A stretch of 64,000 nucleotides of DNA from Pseudomonas aeruginosa PAO1. Its GTDB lineage: Bacteria > Pseudomonadota > Gammaproteobacteria > Pseudomonadales > Pseudomonadaceae. Under the pieces are notes generated by a model, which ran no database searches, was not told the origin of the DNA, and saw only the letters and a program-made list of their open reading frames with translations. This document shows, in pieces, positions 1 through 9,628 of the stretch (its first letter is position 1; each line of letters opens with the position of its first letter). Location: the NCBI RefSeq assembly GCF_000006765.1, contig NC_002516.2, one strand, 5' to 3'. The position numbers and the translations under genes are program-made.

Positions 1-356
<356 letters not shown>

Positions 357-416
357 CGAATCTAGATGCTGATCATCGATTGAGCAAGATTGTTTTCAAA
401 TGGTTGTTTGAGTTTG

Positions 417-429
417 TAACTTATTGATT
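417..429. promoter_or_regulatory. IHF site
   Basis: TAACTTATTGATT matches YAANNNNTTGATW exactly and lies in an AT-rich tract. Confidence 0.55.
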
Positions 430-450
430 TTAAATAATTAAAAATAAATA

Positions 451-486
451 TCACCAAAATGGTGAGGGTTCTCACCATTTTGACGC
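451..486. promoter_or_regulatory. Paired NtrC-like enhancer sites
   Basis: TCACCAAAATGGTGA (451-465) and the weaker TCACCATTTTGACGC (472-486), 21 bp apart; resembles GCACCA-N3-TGGTGC. Confidence 0.4.
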
Positions 487-870
487 GCTTGACAAGAATT
501 CAAAAAGGTCGAGATTTCCCATGCAAAATCAGCCGCTTGAAAGCCGTGTTCGAACGGTTGTGGGGAGATGAAAAAAGTTCGCCTGCACTCCTTTGGTTCC
601 TGACCGGGGCGACAGGCTCGCGCATTTCCCCCGGTGACACGCCGGACTGCCCGTCGGCGTGTCACCGACGTTGTCGATGAAGTGTTTCAGATCAGTCGGT
701 TACCTCCAGTAGACCGGCCTGCCCAGTGACGTCGCGGGGTTTTCGGCACGCTTATTGACTGCCGCCCGCCACGGCATTGTCCGGACCGGAGGTGCAGTAC
801 TGGTGGTGCGGTACTCCGGCCATCGCATTAGCCCGATGAGCGAATAACTAAAAGAATTCTGGAGAGGCCC

Positions 871-2361
871 ATGCAACAGAGCAGATCGGAAGTGACCGAG
901 CGCGACGGCTTGGTCGAGCTGTCCGCCGGCAGCGACGTACTCGACAGCCCCCGCTACAACCACGACATCGCCCCGACCCGGGTGGAACAGCGTACCTGGA
1001 ACAGGTGGCACATCACCGCGCTGTGGATCGGCATGTCCATCTGCGTGCCCACCTACACCCTCGGCGGCGTCCTCACCGCCTACTTCGGCCTCAGCGTCGG
1101 CGAAGCGCTGCTGGCGATCCTGCTGGCCAACCTGGTGGTGCTGATCCCGCTGACCCTCAATGCCTTCGCCGGCACCCGCTACGGCATTCCCTTCCCGGTG
1201 CTGCTGCGCGCTTCGTTCGGCATCATCGGCTCCAACGTGCCATGCCTGATCCGCGCCGTGGTCGCGTGCGGCTGGTTCGGCATCCAGACGCTGTTCGGCG
1301 GGCTGGCGATCCATCTCTTCCTCGGTTCGATCTTTCCCGCCTGGAAAGCCCTCGGCGGCACCGGCGAGGTGATCGGTTTCCTCCTGTTCTGGGGGCTGAA
1401 CCTGTGGGTGGTGCTGCGCGGCGCGGAGTCGATCAAATGGCTGGAGACACTCTCGGCACCGCTGCTGGTGCTGGTCGGCCTCGGCCTGCTGGTGTGGGCG
1501 CTGCCGCACATATCGGTCAGCGAACTGCTGGCGCAGCCGCCGAAGCGCCCGGAAGGCGCCAGCGTCACCGGCTACTTCATGGCCGGGCTGACGGCGATGG
1601 TCGGCTTCTGGGCCACGCTGTCGCTGAACATCCCCGACTTCAGCCGCTATGCGCGTAGCCAGAAGGACCAGATACTCGGGCAGATCTTCGGCCTGCCGCT
1701 GACCATGTTCCTGTTCGCCGCCCTCGGCGTGGTGATGACCGCCGCCTCGGCTTCGCTGGTGGGCGAGACGGTTTCCGACCCGGTCAGCCTGATCGGGCAC
1801 ATCCCCAGCCCCGGCTGGGTGGCGGTGGCGATGGCGTTGATCATCGTCGCCACCCTCTCGACCAACACCGCGGCGAACATCGTCTCGCCGACCAACGACT
1901 TCCAGAACATCGCACCGAAACTCATCGGCCGCACCCGCGCCGTCTGGCTCACCGGTTTCATCGGCCTGGCGCTGATGGCCCACGAGTTGCTGAAGAAGCT
2001 CGGCTGGATCGTTTCCGACCTCAGCCTGGAAAGCGTCTACTCCAACTGGCTGCTCGGCTACTCCAGCCTGCTCGGGCCGATCGCGGGGATCATGGTGGTG
2101 GACTACTTCCTGGTGCGCAGGCAACGCCTCGATCTCGCCGGACTCTACCGCGACGACGTCTACCCGGCCTGGAACTGGCCCGGCTTCGCCGCCTTCGCGG
2201 TGCCGGTGGCGCTGACCGTCATGGCCCTCGGCAACCGCCAGTTCCACTGGTTCTACGACTACGGCTGGTTCACCGGCTCGCTGCTCGGCGGCGCGCTCTA
2301 CTACGGCCTCTGCGGCCGCCGTGCGCGGAGCCCGGCGGCATTGGCCAAACCGCTGCCCTGA
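871..2361 (+). CDS. pydP: NCS1-family nucleobase:cation symporter (pyrimidine/dihydropyrimidine uptake)
   Basis: 496 aa multi-TM protein with NCS1 motifs (WIGMSICVPTY, YGIPFPVLLRASFG, NIPDFSRY); sits between dht and the amidohydrolase. Confidence 0.88.
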   Translation: MQQSRSEVTERDGLVELSAGSDVLDSPRYNHDIAPTRVEQRTWNRWHITALWIGMSICVPTYTLGGVLTAYFGLSVGEALLAILLANLVVLIPLTLNAFAGTRYGIPFPVLLRASFGIIGSNVPCLIRAVVACGWFGIQTLFGGLAIHLFLGSIFPAWKALGGTGEVIGFLLFWGLNLWVVLRGAESIKWLETLSAPLLVLVGLGLLVWALPHISVSELLAQPPKRPEGASVTGYFMAGLTAMVGFWATLSLNIPDFSRYARSQKDQILGQIFGLPLTMFLFAALGVVMTAASASLVGETVSDPVSLIGHIPSPGWVAVAMALIIVATLSTNTAANIVSPTNDFQNIAPKLIGRTRAVWLTGFIGLALMAHELLKKLGWIVSDLSLESVYSNWLLGYSSLLGPIAGIMVVDYFLVRRQRLDLAGLYRDDVYPAWNWPGFAAFAVPVALTVMALGNRQFHWFYDYGWFTGSLLGGALYYGLCGRRARSPAALAKPLP

Positions 2362-2419
2362 TGGGCATACAGGCGGCCGGCGAGCCGCCGACACCTACTC
2401 CAAGCCTGAGGAGACGACA

Positions 2420-3703
2420 ATGAGCACTGCCCGGAACGTCCTGCAATCCACCCAGCGACACATCGATGGCCAGCGCCTCTGGCAATCGCTGATGGATCTC
2501 GCCCGCCTCGGCGCCACCGCCAAGGGTGGGGTCTGCCGCCTGGCCCTGAGCGATCTCGACCGCCAGGCCCGCGATCTCTTCGTGCAATGGTGCGAAGCGG
2601 CCGGCTGCACGGTCAGCGTCGATCGGGTCGGCAACATCTTCGCCCGTCGTCCCGGGCGTAACCCGGACTTGCCCCCGGTGATGACCGGTAGCCACATCGA
2701 CACCCAGCCCACCGGTGGCAAGTTCGACGGCTGCTTCGGGGTGATGGCCGGCCTCGAGGTGATCCGCACCCTCAACGACCTCGGGGTGGAAACCGAGGCG
2801 CCGCTGGAGGTGGTGGTGTGGACCAACGAGGAAGGCTCGCGCTTCGCGCCCTGCATGATGGGCTCGGGCGTATTCGCCGGGAAGTTCACCCTGGAGGAGA
2901 CCCTGGCCAAGCGCGATGCCGACGGTGTCAGCGTAGGCGAGGCGCTGGACGCCATCGGCTACGCGGGAGCGCGCGATTGTCTCGGACATCCGGTGGGCGC
3001 CTATTTCGAGGCGCACATCGAACAGGGGCCGATCCTCGAGGACGAGGAGAAGACCATCGGCGTGGTGCTCGGCGCGCTCGGGCAGAAATGGTTCGACCTG
3101 TCCCTGCGCGGCGTCGAGGCACACGCCGGGCCAACGCCGATGCACCTGCGCAAGGATGCCCTGGTCGGTGCCGCGGCGGTGGTCGAGGCGGTCAATCGCG
3201 CGGCCCTCGGCCATCAGCCGCATGCTTGCGGCACGGTCGGCTGCCTGCACGCCTATCCCGGTTCGCGCAACGTGATACCCGGCGAAGTGAAGATGACCCT
3301 GGACTTCCGCCATCTGCAACCGGAGCGCCTGGACTCGATGATCGCCGAGGTCCGCCAGGTGATCGCCGCTACCTGCGAGAAGCATGGCTTGCAATACGAG
3401 CTGGTGCCGACCGCCGATTTCCCGCCGCTGTACTTCGACCAGGGATGCGTCGGCGCGGTGCGCGAGGCGGCGCAGGCGCTGGGCATGCCGCAGATGGACA
3501 TCGTCAGCGGCGCCGGCCACGACGCGATCTTCCTCGCCGAACTCGGTCCGGCGGGGATGATCTTCGTGCCCTGCGAGAACGGCATCAGCCACAACGAGAT
3601 CGAGAACGCCAGCCCCGACGACCTGGCCGCCGGCTGCGCGGTGCTGTTGCGGGCCATGCTCAAGGCCTCCGAGGCGATCGCCGGCGGCCGCCTGGCGGCC
3701 TGA
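2420..3703 (+). CDS. hyuC: N-carbamoyl-beta-alanine amidohydrolase (beta-ureidopropionase, M20 family)
   Basis: GSHIDTQPTGGKFDG, WTNEEG, EAHIEQG and SGAGHDA motifs; ATG at 2420 after RBS GAGGAG. Confidence 0.9.
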   Translation: MSTARNVLQSTQRHIDGQRLWQSLMDLARLGATAKGGVCRLALSDLDRQARDLFVQWCEAAGCTVSVDRVGNIFARRPGRNPDLPPVMTGSHIDTQPTGGKFDGCFGVMAGLEVIRTLNDLGVETEAPLEVVVWTNEEGSRFAPCMMGSGVFAGKFTLEETLAKRDADGVSVGEALDAIGYAGARDCLGHPVGAYFEAHIEQGPILEDEEKTIGVVLGALGQKWFDLSLRGVEAHAGPTPMHLRKDALVGAAAVVEAVNRAALGHQPHACGTVGCLHAYPGSRNVIPGEVKMTLDFRHLQPERLDSMIAEVRQVIAATCEKHGLQYELVPTADFPPLYFDQGCVGAVREAAQALGMPQMDIVSGAGHDAIFLAELGPAGMIFVPCENGISHNEIENASPDDLAAGCAVLLRAMLKASEAIAGGRLAA

Positions 3704-3753
3704 GTGGCGCTTCCATCGAGGCGCCGGCATCGACCGCCTTCTACACGGGGTCG

Positions 3754-3828
3754 GTAGGGCGAATGACGCCAGGGGCGTTATCCGCCGATGCTCGGCTGGC
3801 CGGCGGATAACCGCGTTGCGGTTATGCG
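3754..3828. repeat. REP doublet left of the IS; the second REP is interrupted by the IS
   Basis: GTAGGGCGAATGACGCC..GGCGTTATCCGCC (3754-3786) and GGCGGATAACCGCGTTGCGGTTATGCG (3802-3828); the missing CCCTAC resumes at 5201. Confidence 0.9.
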
Positions 3829-3879
3829 TATATGGACTCCTCCCGGTTTGCCAGTGTTTGTCTTGATTTCAAACCTGTG

Positions 3880-4025
3880 TACGACTGCATCCGTATATCC
3901 GGCTTCATGGAGTGGTGTTGCAACTCCCGAGCCCTGATGAAATGCGCGCCTGCATACCTGATCGCCCTAACGGCTTTGCTTCACTGCAGCAGGGAGCCCA
4001 CGTATAAACCAGGTTTCATGCAGGC
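3880..4025 (-). ncRNA. Bridge/seek RNA of the IS1111-group element (approximate core; the full non-coding region is 3845-4103)
   Basis: Two stem-internal loop-stem modules. Their loops carry segments matching the REP target (4001-4007, 3962-3969) and the circle junction (3937-3944, 3893-3898). Confidence 0.75.
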
Positions 4026-4103
4026 CGGTTCGACCGGTTCGTCATCATTGTCATTCACTGAGCAATCGTGGTGGATGTTTCAACTACGGTGTGGCAGGAA
4101 CGC

Positions 4104-5120
4104 TCAACCGGGCCGGTAGCATGTCTCCCGGCTGAGTAAAGCCCAAAGGATCCGGGCATTCTTGTTGGCCAGGGCAACGGCGACGACATTGGCAGGACGC
4201 CGTTGCAGCAGACCTTGCAGCCAGCGGCTGCGGGCATCGGTCTTGTTGGCGCAACAGCGCACGACTGCACGGGCGCCATGGATGAGCAAGGTCCGCAAGT
4301 AGGTATCGCCGCGCTTGCTGATGTTGCCCAAGCGCTGCTGCCCGCCCGTGGAGTGCTGCCGTGGCACCAGGCCCAGCCAGGCCGCAAACTGGCGGCCCGT
4401 GCGGAATTGCCGTGCATCACCGGCGGATGCCGCCACCGCGCTGGCGCTGATCGGGCCGATGCCTTCCACCGCCAGCAGGCGCTGGATGCGGGCATCGCCA
4501 CGTACGTGAGCCTGAATCTGTCGCTCCAGTCGAGCGATGCGCGCCTCCAGCGTCTGCAATTCATCTTTCAATTCACGCAACAGCTCGCCCATCGGGGCCG
4601 GCAAGGGCGCCGGCTCGGTAGCCATGACCGTTTCGAGCAAGGCCATCGTCGCCGCTCGCCCACGTCGAGTCGCGATCAGCCCGAACTCACCCAGCAAGCC
4701 ACGCACCTCATTGCACAACGCCGTGCGGGCCCGCACTAGACGACTGCGCACCCGATGCATCGACTGCACGGCCTGCTGCTCTGCGCTCTTCACCGGGACA
4801 TAGCGCATGCTCGGACGACTGGCGGCTTCGCAGATCGCCTCGGCGTCGTGTGCATCGTGCTTGTCACCCTTGACGTAGGGTTTTACGAACTGCGGTGCGA
4901 TCAGGCGTACCGTGTGGCCCAGCTCCCGCAACTCGCGCGCCCAGTAGTGCGCACTGCCGCAGGCCTCCATCGCCACCAGGCACGGCGGCAGTTGGCGAAA
5001 GAAATCCCGCACCTGTGCCCGCTTGAGTTGGCGACGACATACCACATGCTCGTGACGATCAACGCCGTGCACCTGGAATACTTGTTTTGCCAGATCCAGA
5101 CCAATGCGACTAAGGTTCAT
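4104..5120 (-). CDS. IS110-family DEDD transposase/recombinase, 338 aa
   Basis: IGLDLAK, VAMEAC and KHDAHDA (DEDD RuvC-like domain); C-terminal GLVPRQHSTGG serine motif; ATG at 5120 after GGAG. Confidence 0.95.
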   Translation of the reverse strand: MNLSRIGLDLAKQVFQVHGVDRHEHVVCRRQLKRAQVRDFFRQLPPCLVAMEACGSAHYWARELRELGHTVRLIAPQFVKPYVKGDKHDAHDAEAICEAASRPSMRYVPVKSAEQQAVQSMHRVRSRLVRARTALCNEVRGLLGEFGLIATRRGRAATMALLETVMATEPAPLPAPMGELLRELKDELQTLEARIARLERQIQAHVRGDARIQRLLAVEGIGPISASAVAASAGDARQFRTGRQFAAWLGLVPRQHSTGGQQRLGNISKRGDTYLRTLLIHGARAVVRCCANKTDARSRWLQGLLQRRPANVVAVALANKNARILWALLSRETCYRPG

Positions 5121-5200
5121 GCTGACTCCCCCTCCGGGACTTGTGGCTGCACCATTAGTCTGGCGCTTGACGCCGTAGGAGGGAGGAGTCCATTTCATTG

Positions 5201-5347
5201 CCCTACGTGGTGCTGCGCGGGGTACGGTAGGGCGAATAACGCCAGGGGCGTTATCCGCCGATGCTCGGCTGGCCGGCGGATAACCGCGTTGCGGTTATGC
5301 GCCCTACGTCGCGGTGTTGCGCGGGGTACGGTGGGGCGTTGTCCGCC
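5201..5347. repeat. REP cluster right of the IS: remainder of the interrupted REP, an intact doublet and a degenerate copy
   Basis: REPs at 5227-5259 and 5275-5307, near-identical to 3754-3828. Confidence 0.9.
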
Positions 5348-5375
5348 GATGCGTCGCTGGGGCGGGGCGCGGGGC

Positions 5376-6599
5376 TCAGATCACCTTGCCGTCGCGCAGC
5401 CTTTCCAGCGCGGCCGCGTCCAGGCCGAGGAGCGTCTCGAGGACCTCGTCGGTGTGCTGGCCGAGGGTGGGCGGCGGGTTGCGGTATTCCACCGGCGTCT
5501 CGGACAGGCGGATCGGGCTGGCTACCTGCGGCACCGTCCCGGCCAGCGGGTGCGGTAGCTCCACGCGCAGGCCGCGGGCCTGCACCTGCGGGTCGGCGAA
5601 CACCTGCGCCAGGTCGTTGATCGGCCCGCAGGGCACGCCGGCGCGCTCCAGGGAAAGAATCCACTCGGCGGTGGTGTGCAGCACGGTGGCCTGGCGGATC
5701 AGCGGGATCAGCACCTCGCGGTTGGCCACCCGCGCCTTGTTGGTGGCGAAGCGCGGGTCGTCGGCCCATTCCGGGTGGTCTGCCAGCTCGGCGAACTTGC
5801 GGAACTGGCTGTCGTTGCCGACCGTGAGGATCATGTCGCCGTCGGCGGTGGGGAAGTCCTGGTACGGCACGATGTTCGGGTGTGCGTTGCCCAGGCGCCG
5901 CGGCGGCACGCCGGTGGTCAGGTAGTTGAGGGTCTGGTTGGCCAGGCAGGCGACCTGCACGTCGAGCAGGGCCATGTCGATGTGCTGGCCGATGCCGCTG
6001 ACGTCGCGGTGGGCGAGGGCGGCGAGCACCGCGGTGGAGGAGTACAGCCCGGTGAGGATATCGGTCAGCGCCACGCCGACCTTCACCGGACCGGCGCCTT
6101 CCTCGTTGTCGGCGCGCCCGGTGAGGCTCATCAGGCCGCCCAGGCCCTGGATCATGAAGTCATAGCCGGCGCGCTTGGCATAGGGGCCGGACTGGCCGAA
6201 GCCGGTGATCGAACAGTAGATCAGCTTCGGGTTGACCTGCTTCAGCGATTCATAGTCGAGGCCATAGGCCTTGAGCCCGCCGACCTTGAAGTTCTCCAGC
6301 AGGATGTCGGCCTTGGCCGCCAGTTCGCGAACGATGCGCTGGCCTTCCGGCTGGGTGAAGTCCACCGTCACCGACTTCTTGTTGCGGTTGGCCGACAGGT
6401 AGTAGGCCGCCTCGCTGGTGTCGTTGCCTTCGGCATCCTTGAGGAACGGCGGGCCCCAGGCGCGGGTGTCGTCGCCGCTGCCGGGGCGCTCGATCTTGAT
6501 CACCTCGGCGCCGAGGTCGGCGAGGATCTGCCCGGCCCAGGGGCCGGCCAGGACACGGGACAGGTCGAGTACGCGGATATGGGAAAGGGCGCCGGGCAT
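5376..6599 (-). CDS. CaiB/BaiF family III CoA-transferase (likely succinyl-CoA:glutarate)
   Basis: VLDLSRVLAGP, GAEVIKIE, NRNKKS and GYDFMIQG motifs; co-directional with and downstream of gcdH. Confidence 0.9.
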   Translation of the reverse strand: MPGALSHIRVLDLSRVLAGPWAGQILADLGAEVIKIERPGSGDDTRAWGPPFLKDAEGNDTSEAAYYLSANRNKKSVTVDFTQPEGQRIVRELAAKADILLENFKVGGLKAYGLDYESLKQVNPKLIYCSITGFGQSGPYAKRAGYDFMIQGLGGLMSLTGRADNEEGAGPVKVGVALTDILTGLYSSTAVLAALAHRDVSGIGQHIDMALLDVQVACLANQTLNYLTTGVPPRRLGNAHPNIVPYQDFPTADGDMILTVGNDSQFRKFAELADHPEWADDPRFATNKARVANREVLIPLIRQATVLHTTAEWILSLERAGVPCGPINDLAQVFADPQVQARGLRVELPHPLAGTVPQVASPIRLSETPVEYRNPPPTLGQHTDEVLETLLGLDAAALERLRDGKVI

Positions 6600-6718
6600 G
6601 ACGGTTCTCGCTGCTGGGGGCTGGAAACGGAAATGGCCGGGAAGACGGGTTCCTTGCCCGTCTCCCCGGCGGCCGGCGCGCTACCGTGAAAAAGCGCGCC
6701 GGGGTGTTGCTCGGTGGC

Positions 6719-7900
6719 TCAGAAGAATGCCTGGATGCCGGTCTGCGCGCGGCCGAGGATCAGCGCGTGGACATCGTGGGTGCCCTCGTAGGTGTTCACC
6801 ACTTCCAGGTTGACCAGGTGGCGGGCGATGCCGAATTCGTCGGAGATGCCGTTGCCGCCCAGCATGTCGCGGGCCAGGCGGGCGATGTCGAGGGCCTTGC
6901 CGCAGCTGTTGCGCTTCATGATCGAGGTGATTTCCACCGCCGCGGTGCCTTCGTCCTTCATCCGCCCCAGGCGCAGGCAGCCTTGCAGGGCCAGGGTGAT
7001 CTCGGTCTGCATGTCGGCCAGCTTCTTCTGGATCAGTTGGTTGGCGGCCAGCGGGCGGCCGAACTGCTGGCGGTCGAGCACGTACTGGCGGGCGGTGTGC
7101 CAGCAGAATTCGGCGGCGCCCAGGGCGCCCCAGGAGATCCCGTAGCGCGCCGAGTTCAGGCAGGTGAACGGACCGCGCAGGCCGCGCACTTCGGGGAAGG
7201 CGTTCTCTTCCGGAACGAACACGTTGTCCATCACGATCTCGCCGGTGATCGAGGCACGCAGGCCGACCTTGCCATGGATCGCCGGGGCGCTCAGGCCTTC
7301 CCAGCCCTTCTCGAGGACGAAGCCGCGGATCTGCCCTTCGTCATCCTTGGCCCAGACCACGAAGACGTCGGCGATCGGGCTGTTGGTGATCCACATCTTG
7401 CTGCCGCTCAGGCGATAGCCGCCGTCGACCTTCTTCGCCCGGGTGACCATCGAGCCCGGGTCGGAACCGTGGTTCGGCTCGGTCAGGCCGAAGCAGCCGA
7501 TGTATTCGCCGCTGGCCAGCTTGGGCAGGTACTTCTGCCGGGTGGCTTCGTTGCCGAATTCATGGATCGGCACCATCACCAGCGAGGACTGCACGCTCAT
7601 CATCGAGCGATAGCCGGAGTCGACGCGCTCGACTTCGCGAGCGATCAGGCCATAGCAGACGTAGTTGAGGCCGCTGCCGCCGTAGGCTTCGGGAATGGTC
7701 GCGCCGAGCAGGCCGGTCTCGCCCATCTCGCGGAAGATCTTCGGGTCGGTCTGTTCGTGGCGGAAGGCTTCGAGCACGCGCGGGGCCAGCTTGTCCTGGG
7801 CGAACTGCTGGGCGCTGTCGCGAACCATGCGCTCTTCTTCGGTGAGCTGCTGGTCCAGCAGCAGGGGATCTTCCCAGTTGAAGCTAGCTTTGGTGGCCAT
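6719..7900 (-). CDS. gcdH: Glutaryl-CoA dehydrogenase
   Basis: [24 protein letters not shown] and [10 protein letters not shown] motifs. Confidence 0.95.
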   Translation of the reverse strand: MATKASFNWEDPLLLDQQLTEEERMVRDSAQQFAQDKLAPRVLEAFRHEQTDPKIFREMGETGLLGATIPEAYGGSGLNYVCYGLIAREVERVDSGYRSMMSVQSSLVMVPIHEFGNEATRQKYLPKLASGEYIGCFGLTEPNHGSDPGSMVTRAKKVDGGYRLSGSKMWITNSPIADVFVVWAKDDEGQIRGFVLEKGWEGLSAPAIHGKVGLRASITGEIVMDNVFVPEENAFPEVRGLRGPFTCLNSARYGISWGALGAAEFCWHTARQYVLDRQQFGRPLAANQLIQKKLADMQTEITLALQGCLRLGRMKDEGTAAVEITSIMKRNSCGKALDIARLARDMLGGNGISDEFGIARHLVNLEVVNTYEGTHDVHALILGRAQTGIQAFF

Positions 7901-8013
7901 GCGTACATCCTCGTCAAGCGGTAGCGGAGGCTGGCGTGGGCCAGCCGGAATGGAAGCATCCTAAGAGCCTAGCGAATGGGGCGGCAAACGAGGAATTCGC
8001 ACGCACTTGTGCT

Positions 8014-8034
8014 ATTTTCTCACTCCGAGAAAAT
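8014..8034. promoter_or_regulatory. Inverted repeat in the gcdH-gcdR divergent promoter (candidate GcdR site)
   Basis: ATTTTCTC-N5-GAGAAAAT. Confidence 0.35.
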
Positions 8035-8120
8035 GAGTCTCGTATTTCATGCCCTTGAAGAGGCGCGAGGAATCGTGACCTGGGCGTCATAGATGCGAAA
8101 CCGGCACTCCGGAGTCCTCC

Positions 8121-9029
8121 ATGCGACGCAAGATCCCTTCCACCGCCGCGCTGGTCAGCTTCGAATCCGCCGCGCGCCACGAGAGCTTCACCAAGGCGGC
8201 GGAGGAGTTGTCCCTGACCCAGAGCGCGATCTGCCGGCAGATCGCCACGCTCGAGGAGTTCCTCGGTGTCGAGCTGTTCCGTCGCTCGCGGCGCGGGGTC
8301 AAGCTCACCGAGGCCGGGCTGTCCTATAGCCGGCGGGTGGCGGTACGCCTCGACGCGGTGGAGCGCGACACCCTGGCGGTGATGGGGCACCAGGGCGGCG
8401 GCGCGATCGAACTGGCGGTGGTGCCGACCTTCGGCACCCAATGGCTGTTGCCGCGGCTCAAGCGTTTCCAGCGGCTGCACCCGGAGGTCACGATCAACCT
8501 GACCAACCGCACCCGCCCGTTCCTCTTCGCCGACACCGAGTTCGACGCCGCGCTGTACTTCGGCGACGCCGACTGGTCGGGTACCGTCTCGCATTTCCTG
8601 ATGCGCGAGAATCCGGTGCCGGTGTGCAGCCCGGAGCTGCTGGGCGGGCGTCGAACGCTGAGCGCCGAGCAGGTCGCCGGGCTGCCGCTGATGCAGCAGA
8701 GCACCCGGCCCTACGCTTGGCGCCAGTGGTTTCACTCCCAGGGACTGAACGTCGCCCACGACATGAGCGGGCCGCGCTACGAGCTGTTCTCCATGCTTGC
8801 CCAGGCGGCCATGCACGGCATGGGCGTGGCCCTCATACCGCCCTTCCTGATCCAGGACGAGCTGGCCGACGGAAGGCTTATCGTGCCCATGCAACATGCC
8901 TATTTGAGCGAGAATGCGTATTACCTGATCATTCCCGAGCGCAGGGTCGAATCGGCGATGCTCAATGCCTTCCGCGACTGGCTGGTGGAAGAGGCCAGGC
9001 AGTACCGCGAGGCCAACGGGCTGGGCTGA
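8121..9029 (+). CDS. gcdR: LysR (GcvA-like) regulator of gcdH
   Basis: FESAARHESFTKAAEELSLTQSAICRQI helix-turn-helix; divergent from gcdH. Confidence 0.9.
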   Translation: MRRKIPSTAALVSFESAARHESFTKAAEELSLTQSAICRQIATLEEFLGVELFRRSRRGVKLTEAGLSYSRRVAVRLDAVERDTLAVMGHQGGGAIELAVVPTFGTQWLLPRLKRFQRLHPEVTINLTNRTRPFLFADTEFDAALYFGDADWSGTVSHFLMRENPVPVCSPELLGGRRTLSAEQVAGLPLMQQSTRPYAWRQWFHSQGLNVAHDMSGPRYELFSMLAQAAMHGMGVALIPPFLIQDELADGRLIVPMQHAYLSENAYYLIIPERRVESAMLNAFRDWLVEEARQYREANGLG

Positions 9030-9181
9030 ACGCGCAGGAACATCGGGTGGCGCAGGCAGGACGCGCCGCCCCCGGGACCGGGCCGATCCGCCGGGTCCCG
9101 CGGAGCCGCGGCGGCGATACCGCCGGGCATCCTCCACGACGGCCAGGATGGCGGCCGTGGGGCACCACACCAGGAGTTCAC

Positions 9182-9586
9182 ATGAATTTCCACACCCGCA
9201 AGTGGGTCAAGCCAGAAGATCTCAACCCCAACGGCACCCTGTTCGGCGGCAGCCTGCTGCGCTGGATCGACGAAGAAGCGGCGATCTACGCGATCATCCA
9301 GCTGGGCAACCAGCGCGTGGTCACCAAGTACATTTCCGAGATCAACTTCGTCAGCTCGGCGCGCCAGGGCGACATCATCGAGCTGGGCATCACCGCCACC
9401 GACTTCGGTCGTACCTCGCTGACCATGACCTGCCACGTGCGCAACAAGATCACCCGCAAGAGCATCCTCACCATCGACAAGATGGTCTTCGTCAACCTCG
9501 GCCCGGACGGCCTGCCGGCGCCCCACGGCAAGACCGAGATCACCTACATCAAGGACCAGTTCAAGGAAGACGAAGTCCTGCCCTGA
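9182..9586 (+). CDS. Hotdog-fold acyl-CoA thioesterase
   Basis: KPEDLNPNGTLFGGSLLRWIDE motif; ATG at 9182 after AGGAG. Confidence 0.88.
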   Translation: MNFHTRKWVKPEDLNPNGTLFGGSLLRWIDEEAAIYAIIQLGNQRVVTKYISEINFVSSARQGDIIELGITATDFGRTSLTMTCHVRNKITRKSILTIDKMVFVNLGPDGLPAPHGKTEITYIKDQFKEDEVLP

Positions 9587-9628
9587 TCGGCGCGACGAGC
9601 GGCCGGCACCCGTGCCGGCCGCCGTGTT

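Larger units (their letters stand above)
3829..5200 (-). mobile_element. IS110-family, IS1111-group insertion sequence (ISPa11-like), about 1372 bp
   Basis: 13-bp perfect sub-terminal inverted repeats ATGGACTCCTCCC (3832-3844) and GGGAGGAGTCCAT (5181-5193), 3 and 7 nt from the ends. No target duplication. Removing the element restores the REP ...TTATGCG|CCCTACG. Ends are ambiguous by 1 nt (shared G). Confidence 0.93.

Noticed and set aside
438-680. Small ORFs in the dht-pydP intergenic region
   Set aside because: They overlap operator-like motifs, lack a clear RBS and show no family signal.
3832-4119. 95-aa ORF in the IS non-coding region
   Set aside because: Antisense to the predicted guide RNA, with no recognisable features.
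3753-5301. 76-bp direct repeat flanking the IS (3753-3828 and 5226-5301) as a long target-site duplication
   Set aside because: The right copy is 25 bp away from the IS end and differs by 1 nt. It is the next unit of a tandem REP doublet, and IS110-family elements make no duplication.
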